Shown here: in pieces, positions 43,428 through 52,446 of the stretch
Layout: each line of letters starts with the position of its first letter
Numbering within the stretch: the first letter of the stretch is position 1
Source of the DNA: an uncultured Rivularia sp.
GTDB taxonomy: Bacteria; Cyanobacteriota; Cyanobacteriia; Cyanobacteriales; Nostocaceae
DNA length: 64,000 nucleotides
Assembly (NCBI GenBank): GCA_963665115.1
Contig: OY762007.1
Span: forward strand, 2,272,001 to 2,336,000
Direction: 5' to 3'
The notes under the pieces: generated by a model
What the model saw: only the letters and a program-made list of their open reading frames with translations
Databases searched by the model: none
What the model was told of the DNA's origin: nothing
Made by a program: the position numbers and the translations under genes

Positions 43428-44059
43428 CTTGCACGGATAATCTACTTTGCTGCAAATTCGATCGACAATCCACTTTGATAGTGAAACTTGTTTAGGAGGC
43501 ACAATCACCTCACACACAATTTTAGTTACTGCTAAGCTAAGAACCGACTAAATTTAGATAAAAATCGATGTAATTAACTTATGCAAAAACATATCCTTTA
43601 TAGCCTTTAATTATAAGACAAGTAAAACAGAACGCAATTATATGGTCAGATTGTCAACTGTCACACAATTAAGTTAAAAAAGTAAAAACTGATGATAAAC
43701 AAGTTCATCCTTTTACTTAAAATTTTACTTGACGTTTCACAGTAAGTTTGGTCGTAACCTCCGAGTCAATTCTAAAATTATTAAGAAGTTCAGATCAAAA
43801 TTAACTTAACTTATTCTTAACCACATCTTACTTTAGGATGGACAATTATCGACTTGGCAAAATAATTTCTTTCTTATTTAGGTCGAGAGAACGGTTGTAA
43901 AGAGTAAGGCTTAATTTGTCAATACCTTAAGTTAGTTAGACGCTTCTATAAGCGGAATATTTTAATAAAAGTATGGATAAAATGAATACCATCCGACACA
44001 TATTATTTTATACTTCTAAATGTTTATATCTTAAAAAAAATTAATATTTAGGTACCTGC

Positions 44060-44959
44060 ATGGGGTCACACAGACTAAGACGGTTGCGATTGGCTTTCCA
44101 ACTTAAAGGTACAGTTATCACCGCAATCTACTTCCGAATTATATTTTTTGGATTGTTTGGCGGTTTTGTTTCTTTACTTTACTATTTGGATTTACCTGTA
44201 TCTCAACCTATTTTAAGTAGCGTTATCCCCAGCATTGTCTTAGGTTTACTACTCGTGTTTCGGACAAATACAGCTTACGATCGTTTTTGGGAAGGTAGAA
44301 AAGCATGGGGAGATATTGTCAATAATGTCAGAAATTTGGCTCGATTAATTTTGGTATCCGTAGATGAAATATGTCCGGAAGATAGAAAAGAGAAAATAGC
44401 AGCCTTACGTTTACTGGTAGCTTTCGCAGTAGCAACTAAATTACACTTACGTTCTTTACCTATAAATAATGAATTAGAAGAGTTAATGCTCGAATCAAGG
44501 TATATAACATTGCTAACAATGAATCATCCTCCTCTAGAAATAGCTTTTTGGATAGGAGATTATTTGCAACAGCAATGTAACAATAATCAAATAAATAATT
44601 ATCAGTTAATCGCTATGCAGGAGTTAATCAATAGCATGGTAGATAATTTGGGAGCGTGCGAGCGTATTTTAAAAACCCCTATACCTTTTGCTTATACTAT
44701 TCATTTAAAACAATTATTGCTACTTTATTGCTTGCTGCTACCTTTTCAATTGGTAGAGAATCTCGGATGGGCAACTGGTGCGATTACTGCGGTTATTAGT
44801 TTTACTTTATTTGGTATAGAAGCAATAGGATTAGAAATAGAAAATCCCTTCGGTTTTGATGATAACGATTTACCGTTAAACGCGATTTGCAATACGATGA
44901 AGCGGAATATTGAAGATTTAATCAGTTTAAGACCTACATTTGATGCGAGCAAAATCTAA
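44060..44959 (+). CDS. bestrophin-family channel (YneE/UPF0187-like)
   Basis: LLVFRTNTAYDRFWEGRKAWG, CERILKTPIP and EIENPFG..NDLP. Confidence 0.9.
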   Translation: MGSHRLRRLRLAFQLKGTVITAIYFRIIFFGLFGGFVSLLYYLDLPVSQPILSSVIPSIVLGLLLVFRTNTAYDRFWEGRKAWGDIVNNVRNLARLILVSVDEICPEDRKEKIAALRLLVAFAVATKLHLRSLPINNELEELMLESRYITLLTMNHPPLEIAFWIGDYLQQQCNNNQINNYQLIAMQELINSMVDNLGACERILKTPIPFAYTIHLKQLLLLYCLLLPFQLVENLGWATGAITAVISFTLFGIEAIGLEIENPFGFDDNDLPLNAICNTMKRNIEDLISLRPTFDASKI

Positions 44960-45243
44960 TAGATAATAGAAAAAGGAACAGGCAACAGGCAATAGGGAAC
45001 AGTGAAAAACTATCGGGTAAACTTAAAATTAACTATAAATAGAAGAGTTAGTTAATTATTCAGGTTCTTCTAATCAAAAATTATGGTTCTTCAGTTCCTA
45101 GCACTAAAAAAAATCTTGAAGTAAAAAGTTGAAACGCTTGCTATACAAAAATTCTCTTTCTCTACTTTAAGAATGTATTATTCACTAATACCGTCTTTTT
45201 CCCTGTTCCCCGTTTCCGGTTCCCTATTCAAAAAAAGTACCCA

Positions 45244-45293
45244 TAAAAAACTATCCGCTCTTAGTTAAGTCGGATAACTTAATCTAAGAGCGG
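45244..45293 (-). terminator. intrinsic terminator
   Basis: CCGCTCTTAG-TTAAGT / ACTTAA-T-CTAAGAGCGG stem followed by TTTTTT on the minus strand. Confidence 0.75.
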
Positions 45294-45394
45294 TCTAGTT
45301 GGGTCTTCAAGTTGCAACCTGACTGCCGGAAGGAACTCCAATTCAGCCTTGTCACTTAAGATAAATCAGCCTTTTAAAAAGACTAAGTTAACTC

Positions 45395-45466
45395 TTAGAG
45401 CACAGCTCCGGCACACAGCCGGTTATCTGCAACTTGACGACCCATGCGTATACTACTTTCTATCAT
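45395..45466 (-). CDS. 23-aa peptide MIESSIRMGRQVADNRLCAGAVL
   Basis: Strong SD AAGGAGGTG, with AGGAGG 8 nt before the ATG; TAA at 45397-45395. Confidence 0.5.
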   Translation of the reverse strand: MIESSIRMGRQVADNRLCAGAVL

Positions 45467-45751
45467 GGGCATCACCTCCTTGTTGCCTAAGCGGCTTTTA
45501 ATCTCAAACAAGGCAGAGCAATTTGCTCTTTCTTTGTATGTTCCTACTATAGCATGGATTTGGGAGAAATATCGGGAAAAATCTCACAATTTTGGATTTT
45601 GCTTAGGGAGTAGGGTTGGGGGTAACAGTTAAATAAATATCGGCAGCAGTCACTATATTTTTTCAAAAAGCTAGTGTTACTAATAATTCCGACGGGTTTT
45701 AGAAACTGTCTTGGTTGCGTAAGTCCTATAGTTCAATCTAAAATCCAAAAC

Positions 45752-45777
45752 AAAAATCCCCGCCATTTGACGGGGAT
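45752..45777 (-). terminator. psbD terminator
   Basis: ATCCCCG...CGGGGAT stem followed by TTTTGTTTT on the minus strand. Confidence 0.7.
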
Positions 45778-45840
45778 GAAATCAGCTTATTTCTTATCTT
45801 TTAGCTGAGAATCGAAATTCTATTAAATCTAAAATCCAAA

Positions 45841-46899
45841 TTACAGTGCGTTACCACGAGGTAAAACTTCCTCTGGAAATACAAACTGTTCGTGAGGCTG
45901 ATCTTGAGGAGCCATCCATGCACGGATACCTTCGTTCAACAGAATATTCTTTGTATAGAAAGTTTCAAATTCTGGATCTTCTGCCGCTCTCAATTCTTGA
46001 GATACGAAGTCATAAGCACGTAGGTTCAGCGCTAAGCCAACTACACCTACTGAACTCATCCATAAACCAGTTACTGGTACGAACAACATGAAGAAGTGCA
46101 ACCAACGTTTGTTGGAGAATGCAATACCGAAAATCTGTGACCAGAAACGGTTTGCTGTCACCATTGAATAGGTTTCTTCTGCTTGGGTTGGTTCAAATGC
46201 ACGGAAGGTGTTAGAACCGTCACCGTCTTCAAACAAAGTGTTTTCTACAGTTGCACCGTGAATTGCACACAACAGCGCACCACCCAATACACCTGCTACT
46301 CCCATCATATGGAAGGGATTCAAAGTCCAGTTATGGAAACCTTGGAAAAATAGCAAGAAACGGAAGATTGCTGCTACTCCGAAACTAGGAGCGAAGAACC
46401 AAGAAGATTGACCCAAGGGATACATCAAAAATACGCTGACGAATACTGCGATCGGTGCAGAAAACGCAATGGCATTATAAGGACGAATTCCCACCAAGCG
46501 GGAAATTTCAAATTGACGCAACATGAAGCCAATCAAACCGAAAGCTCCGTGTAGCGCAACAAATGTCCACAATCCGCCTAGCTGACACCAACGGGTGAAG
46601 TCACCTTGAGCTTCAGGTCCCCACAAAAGCAATAGGGAATGTCCCATGCTGTCTGCGGGTGTGGATACTGCCACTGTAAGGAAGTTACAACCTTCTAAGT
46701 AAGAAGATGCTAAACCGTGGGTATACCAAGAAGATACAAAAGTTGTACCTGTTAGCCATCCACCTAGAGCCATGTAGGCACAGGGGAAAAGCAATAGACC
46801 CGACCAACCGATAAAAACGAATCTATCTCGCTTTAACCAGTCATCGAGTACGTCAAACCAGCCTCTACTACTAGGGGCGCGTCCAACTGCGATGGTCAT
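45841..46899 (-). CDS. psbD: photosystem II D2 protein, stand-alone copy (no psbC downstream)
   Basis: MTIAVGRA...[11 protein letters not shown]...[10 protein letters not shown], 352 aa. Confidence 0.98.
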   Translation of the reverse strand: MTIAVGRAPSSRGWFDVLDDWLKRDRFVFIGWSGLLLFPCAYMALGGWLTGTTFVSSWYTHGLASSYLEGCNFLTVAVSTPADSMGHSLLLLWGPEAQGDFTRWCQLGGLWTFVALHGAFGLIGFMLRQFEISRLVGIRPYNAIAFSAPIAVFVSVFLMYPLGQSSWFFAPSFGVAAIFRFLLFFQGFHNWTLNPFHMMGVAGVLGGALLCAIHGATVENTLFEDGDGSNTFRAFEPTQAEETYSMVTANRFWSQIFGIAFSNKRWLHFFMLFVPVTGLWMSSVGVVGLALNLRAYDFVSQELRAAEDPEFETFYTKNILLNEGIRAWMAPQDQPHEQFVFPEEVLPRGNAL

Positions 46900-47002
46900 G
46901 AGATTAAATCTCCAAATAGTTATAATTACAGCTTTATTCAACTTTGAGGTAAGCATTTGACTGCCGCCCTCATGCAGAAAAGCAACTAGATTGTCAATCT
47001 AG

Positions 47003-47020
47003 TTTACAAATTTTTACTGT
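47003..47020. promoter_or_regulatory. HLR1-like (RpaB) site upstream of psbD
   Basis: TTTACAAA-TT-TTTACTGT, nearly identical to the site upstream of hli. Confidence 0.6.
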
Positions 47021-47269
47021 CTCTAATTTTATTGTATAGAAAAATAGGTAATTTTTCCAGTCGGTTTTAAAAATAACTGATTTTTTTTTGCGACTCTACA
47101 TGAATGCTTGGGTATGCGAAGAGTCCTATATCAGGTAATGATTACAGGTTATGAATAGTTAATATTTTTTTTAGATTTAGTAATATTTCGTTCTCATTTT
47201 TGAGTTTGGGCTGTTAATGTAGTGCTGACGCTAAAATTAGACAAAACAGTTAATTTTAATTAAGGTTCC

Positions 47270-47542
47270 ATGTTTACTATCGATTTAACAGTAAGAAATA
47301 CAGCTTTCCCCGCATCTGTTGAACGCAAGACTCAAGAAGATGCTGAAGCTATCTATCAGCTAGTTTTATCAGCAATGCGTTCTGGTAATCCAGATATTAT
47401 CGAACTTGAGTCGGAAGGCAAAGTTGAGAAAAAAATCGCGATTCGTGCTACTGAAATTTCTGGTATTCAGATAACTCAGAAAGAAGGCACAGCTAGTGGA
47501 GGTGGTAAAACTCCTGGTTTCTTTGCTTTAACTTCGGAATGA
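47270..47542 (+). CDS. conserved cyanobacterial hypothetical protein (UPF0367-like)
   Basis: MFTIDLT...SVERK...PGFF; 90 aa, immediately upstream of the ABC ATPase. Confidence 0.7.
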   Translation: MFTIDLTVRNTAFPASVERKTQEDAEAIYQLVLSAMRSGNPDIIELESEGKVEKKIAIRATEISGIQITQKEGTASGGGKTPGFFALTSE

Positions 47543-47546
47543 AACA

Positions 47547-48242
47547 TTGGTGGAACACAAAACGAGTGAACCGGGAATCTCAGTAAAAGATTTAAACTTT
47601 GACTGGCCTTCAGGGACGCAGGTAATCAAATCTTGCTCTTTAGAAGTACCTAGAAGTGAATTTTGGATGCTCTTAGGTACAAATGGTAGTGGAAAATCAA
47701 CTTTACTTAGACTGCTTGCAGGGTTATTAACTCCCAAAAGTGGCGAAATAGGAGTTTTACACCCCGTTGGTTTTGTATTCCAAAATCCCGATCATCAATT
47801 AGTAATGCCTACTGTTGGTGCTGACGTGGCTTTTGGATTAGTACAAGAACAATTGCCGCAAAAGCAAGTTAGAGAAAGAGTAGAAGAAGCACTGAGCGCA
47901 GTTAACTTACTTTCACTACAACGTCGTCCTATTTATGCTTTAAGTGGGGGACAAAAACAAAGAGTAGCCATTGCCGGTGCGATCGCCCGTCGTTGCGCTT
48001 TGTTATTGTTAGACGAACCCACTGCCTTACTCGATCCAGATAGCCAATTAGAATTAGTGGCTGGTGTCCGTCGTTTGGTAAAAAGTCGAGGTATTACAGC
48101 ACTTTGGGTGACTCATCGTTTAGATGAATTGAACTATTGCGACGGTGCTTTCCTACTTGAGCAAGGGGTTTTAATCGATAAAGGAGAGCCTGCACGTCTC
48201 AAAAAAGTTTTAATGGAATTGCAGGGAGGAAATGAAAATTAA
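47547..48242 (+). CDS. ECF/CbiO-type ABC ATP-binding protein
   Basis: GTNGSGKST, FQNPDHQ, LSGGQKQR and LLLDEPT. Confidence 0.9.
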   Translation: MVEHKTSEPGISVKDLNFDWPSGTQVIKSCSLEVPRSEFWMLLGTNGSGKSTLLRLLAGLLTPKSGEIGVLHPVGFVFQNPDHQLVMPTVGADVAFGLVQEQLPQKQVRERVEEALSAVNLLSLQRRPIYALSGGQKQRVAIAGAIARRCALLLLDEPTALLDPDSQLELVAGVRRLVKSRGITALWVTHRLDELNYCDGAFLLEQGVLIDKGEPARLKKVLMELQGGNEN

Positions 48243-48586
48243 TTTTCTTTCCTAAAGACTTCTATTTCAAGTAGTAATCATTTACTAATTATTCAGGATT
48301 TCAACGCGTCTACTAATAATAGGCGCGTTTATTTAATTTTTAATTTTTAATTTTTAATTTTTAATTTATTTTCTGGCTGAATTTTATCTTTTTTGCGAAA
48401 GTCACAAAAAGGGAAAACTCAAATAGTCTATCAAAAATATAAAATCGAATGACCTTTATTTGGTAAGGGTTTCATAGTATTGTCCGGATTTTATGCTTAT
48501 GTAACATAGTGTTACAAGTAATGATTGAATTAGTATAAGAGTTATGAATGAAAATTGTAAAATCTAGAATACTGTGATTCAGAACC

Positions 48587-49138
48587 ATGTCCCCTTCATT
48601 TACCCCAGCCGTTTTACTCGTAGACGGTTATAACATTATTGGCGCTTGGTCTTGTTTAAAAAAGACTTGCGATAACGTCGGATTAGAAACTGCACGTAAT
48701 GAGTTGCTTGAAGCCCTCGTCGGTTACAGTGCATTTACGGGTTATCAAACCCAAGTAGTGTTCGATGCCCATTTTCAAAAAAATGGCAGCAACGAAGAAG
48801 TTGTGACCAAACTTGTCACGGCTTTTTATACGGATTTTGGGCAAACAGCAGACACTTATATTGAAAAACGTTGCGCGTCACTGCGTCAAAAAGTACGAGA
48901 GCGTTTATTATCGCGAGTCGTTGTAGCCACCTCAGACCGGGCGCAACAGTTGACGGTACAGGGGTATGGAGCTGAGTGGATATCTGCACAACAACTTTGT
49001 TATGAAATAGAAGCCACTGTTTGTAGAACGCGACAAAAGTATAAATCGCACAAGAAAACCAATAGTAGATTCCTAGCTAACTCTATTGATGCTAAATCGC
49101 GTCAAAAGCTAGCTGAATTACGAATGGGTTTGAAATAG
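48587..49138 (+). CDS. NYN-domain (YacP/Rae1-like) ribonuclease
   Basis: LLVDGYNIIG, VVFDA, TADTYIE and VATSD. Confidence 0.85.
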   Translation: MSPSFTPAVLLVDGYNIIGAWSCLKKTCDNVGLETARNELLEALVGYSAFTGYQTQVVFDAHFQKNGSNEEVVTKLVTAFYTDFGQTADTYIEKRCASLRQKVRERLLSRVVVATSDRAQQLTVQGYGAEWISAQQLCYEIEATVCRTRQKYKSHKKTNSRFLANSIDAKSRQKLAELRMGLK

Positions 49139-49279
49139 ACATCTATGGCAAACTATCTGGGCATCTACTAAGTGTAAAGCTAATTATAAACCCGGTTGAC
49201 TTGGAGTCGGTCTTTATTAGTACAAAAGTATAGCTAAAGGCGCGATCAAAAATTTTTTTCTAAAAGTTTGTTAAAGTAC

Positions 49280-49308
49280 TTGCCAAATTCTATTTTTAGC
49301 TTTATTAT
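49280..49308 (+). promoter_or_regulatory. sigma70-type promoter of tRNA-Asn
   Basis: TTGCCA-N17-TATTAT ending 11 nt before the tRNA. Confidence 0.65.
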
Positions 49309-49319
49309 ATTAATCGTAG

Positions 49320-49391
49320 TCCTCAGTAGCTCAGTGGTAGAGCGGTCGGCTGTTAACCGATTGGTCGCAAGTTCGAATCTTGCCTGGGGAG
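49320..49391 (+). tRNA. trnN: tRNA-Asn(GTT)
   Basis: Acceptor stem TCCTCAG/CTGGGGA, anticodon arm GTCGG-CTGTTAA-CCGAT, T-loop GTTCGAAT; CCA not encoded. Confidence 0.97.
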
Positions 49392-49589
49392 TTTAAAATT
49401 TATTTTCTTCCTTAATGCTTGTAACTAGCGAGCATTGCAAGTGGTAGCTTTTCATGAGTTCTAAGTTGCTTTAAAGCTGCTATTTAGAATACTCGTTGAA
49501 ATGCAATCTTTTTATTTTGACATATTCCCACTCATCGAATGGGTAATATTTTGGGCTTAAACAGAGATTGCGAAATGAAAGTATCTATA

Positions 49590-49696
49590 TACAGCATATT
49601 TCATCTTTGTAAGGTACATTCGGACGGGCAGGGATGCCCATCCCACAAGAGTTTTGTAATATGAGGCTGTACCTCACTTATTTGCAAAGTGCTGTA
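49590..49696. mobile_element. 107-bp MITE-like element, copy 2
   Basis: TACAGCA...TGCTGTA ends; 28-bp core identical to 3556-3583 at the same offset. Confidence 0.65.
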
Positions 49697-50592
49697 TATA
49701 GATAAAACTGATGCGATCAACTATCAGCATCTATTGTTCTACTTCATTTGTTTTGGCGGGTAAGAAAGTTCGTAGTAGCGCATTGTTATTGCGTTTCACG
49801 TTCACGAAGTATGCCCGAAACGCTTAGTGTTCCCTTCTAGGGAATGGAACGAAGCAATCCCAATAGCTTGAAGTTTTCAGAATGTGAAATTAATTTTGCA
49901 CGATTACTTAGTCTTTCTTCGCATAATTTGACGAATTCGGAGGGACTGAAGTCGGCACGTAGAAGCTATCATATTCTATTGGACAGATCGGTAGCCCCTT
50001 AAGTAAAAACCGCGATATTTATCAAATTGAAGCGGTTAAATTATATCTACTATTGTAAATAGCATTTTGCAGAGAAGCTAGCAGTTACAGACATTGTATT
50101 CTGTCTCAAGACATTTATGTGTTTTTAGTTTTTGTTATTCAAGCAAAAATGTATACTCTTTTAATCTAATTTGAATATAATAAATACACGTTTCAAATAC
50201 ACTTAAAAATATTCAAGCAACTTAGTTTCATTCAATTGTATATATCATCTATGCCATTCATAGTTGCTTTAGTCAATCAATTTGCTTTTATATTTTATAA
50301 AAATGGGAGCATATTTATGGTAAATACTTTTGATGATTAAGTTCGCAATATTTGTGTTTGAAATAAAGAAATATGTCTGTTGTAAGGTAAGATTTGATTT
50401 GATCTTACCAATAAAATTTTGAACGTGATGGCGATATAAAGCCAAGCAGAATTAAGAAAAGATTGGTAAGGCGGGTTTTACTTGCGATCGAGCTTTGCCT
50501 GATGAAAAGGCGATTCGCAACTCATTGGGTAATGACTTTTAGCAAGCGCGAGAAAATATTTCTGAAGTGGTTATTAACAAGGATTTAAGGTT

Positions 50593-52257
50593 ATGGTGCA
50601 AAATTTAACACCTTCTTTGATTAAAGATATCAATCCTGGTAACGAGTCTTCTAATCCTGATTTTTTGGGTGCTGTCAATGGAAACTTACTTTTCAGTACT
50701 TTCAATACTAGTAGTTTAAATACGCAATTATGGAAAACAGATGGTAGCGAAGCAGGTACAGTTTTAATACAGGGTTTTGGCAATAATTCATTTCCACCTT
50801 CAGACGTAATTAATCTCAATGGGGCTGTATATTTTTTGCAGGTTTCGGGATTTTTTAATAAATCTTTGTATCGAAGTGATGGTACTGAATCAGGTACTTT
50901 TACAATAGATAGTGCCTCGTTGAGAGCGCCTGCTGATATAAGTAATTTAACTGGAGTTGATGATACTGTTTTTTATACGGCTTCCGACTCTTCAGACTTC
51001 TTTCAATCTAAGTTGTTCAAGATTGATAATAGTACTAATCAACCAGTTCAAGTACAGCAAAATATTAATTCTGGAGGTGCAAATCCTGAAGATTTAACGG
51101 CTGTTGATAATACGTTATTTTTTAGCGCAAATAGTAACGCGATTCAAGAAGGTTCAAATATAGAACTGTGGAAAAGTGACGGTACAGATGCGGGGACAGT
51201 TTTAGTTAAAGATATTAATCATGCCAATTCTTCTAACCCAAACCTTCTCGGTGATGTTAACGGTACGCTGTTTTTTACTGCTGATGACGGTAGCAACGGT
51301 AGAGAACTTTGGAAGAGCGATGGAACTGAGTTAGATATGGTTTTAATCAAAGATATAAATCCCGGTGAAGCTTCTTCTAATGCCAATAATTTAGGGAATA
51401 TTAACGGCACCGCTTTTTTCAGCGCAAATGACGGAACTAACGGTACTGAGTTGTGGAAGAGTGACGGTACTGAGTCGGGTACAAGTTTAGTTAAAGATAT
51501 TTTTGCAGGAAGTGGAAGTTCCAACCCAGATAATCTGACTAACGTGAACGGGACAGTATTTTTCACTGCTAACAATGGCAGCAATGGAACTGAATTATGG
51601 AAGAGTGACGGTACAGCAGAAGGTACGAGTTTAGTTAAAGATATTAATCCCGATGGAAATTCTAACCCAGCTAATCTGAGAAATTTTGACGGTATTCTGT
51701 ATTTTTCCGCAGACGATGGTAGTAATGGAAGCGAATTATGGAAAAGTGACGGTACAGCAGAAGGTACGGTTTTAGTTGATGACATCAATCCTGGAAGTGC
51801 TTCTTCATCTCCAGGTGATTTGACAATATTTAACAGTCAACTTTATTTCAACGCTGATGACGGTGTTAACGGTAGAGAATTGTGGGGTTTAACTGAAACG
51901 AACAAAGATGTAATTCTGGGTGGAAGTTTAAACGATGTTCTATCTGGTAACGAACAAGATAATATCATCGACGGTTTAAAAGGTGAGGATACTTTGACTG
52001 GTGGAAGTGGTAAAGATAAGTTCGTTTTGTCTGGCGATTTTGATAATGACGTAATTACCGATTTCACTTTGGGTGAAGATGAAATTATCAATGCTACAGA
52101 TAGGATTGTATTAACAGTAGGTTCCTTTGGTGATACTTTAAAAGTCGCTTTCAGCAATACTGGTGATGTTTTACAGGTAAATCTCAACGGTAACGATCAA
52201 GCTGGATTGGAAAATTACTTGTTGAGTATCGGTAGCGATCGAGCTTTGCCTTACTAA
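50593..52257 (+). CDS. ELWxxDGT-repeat protein with a C-terminal RTX-like calcium-binding region
   Basis: Five exact ELWKSDGT repeats plus degenerate ones; GEDTLTGGSGKDKF; no obvious N-terminal signal peptide. Confidence 0.88.
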   Translation: MVQNLTPSLIKDINPGNESSNPDFLGAVNGNLLFSTFNTSSLNTQLWKTDGSEAGTVLIQGFGNNSFPPSDVINLNGAVYFLQVSGFFNKSLYRSDGTESGTFTIDSASLRAPADISNLTGVDDTVFYTASDSSDFFQSKLFKIDNSTNQPVQVQQNINSGGANPEDLTAVDNTLFFSANSNAIQEGSNIELWKSDGTDAGTVLVKDINHANSSNPNLLGDVNGTLFFTADDGSNGRELWKSDGTELDMVLIKDINPGEASSNANNLGNINGTAFFSANDGTNGTELWKSDGTESGTSLVKDIFAGSGSSNPDNLTNVNGTVFFTANNGSNGTELWKSDGTAEGTSLVKDINPDGNSNPANLRNFDGILYFSADDGSNGSELWKSDGTAEGTVLVDDINPGSASSSPGDLTIFNSQLYFNADDGVNGRELWGLTETNKDVILGGSLNDVLSGNEQDNIIDGLKGEDTLTGGSGKDKFVLSGDFDNDVITDFTLGEDEIINATDRIVLTVGSFGDTLKVAFSNTGDVLQVNLNGNDQAGLENYLLSIGSDRALPY

Positions 52258-52446
52258 CGGAGCTTACCCAACCGTAAACTAAGAATAGCTATTTAGGAAA
52301 ATTTGTTGAATATTTGCGATAAAATTTCAGTTTGTAGTAGGGCTAAAGCCCTATTTTTTTTCGCAGTTAATCTACAACCGTCTTTTTAAAGATAATTCCA
52401 TTAAACTAATTCGGTTTAATATTTCCTAAAATAGCAAAAAGCACTT

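Larger units (their letters stand above)
45244..45539 (-). ncRNA. putative structured small transcript (~295 nt) containing a small ORF
   Basis: Extended -10 TGnTATAGT at 45554-45546, long-range inverted repeats and its own terminator; ends are inferred. Confidence 0.55.

Noticed and set aside
45319..45350. GCCGGAAGGAA resembling the SRP RNA loop, and a 6S-like long hairpin
   Set aside because: The flanking SRP CAGG/AGCA motif is missing, and the promoter, SD and terminator all point to a minus-strand unit.
45444..45632. 62-aa plus-strand ORF
   Set aside because: No SD or family signal; it is antisense to the better-supported small transcript.
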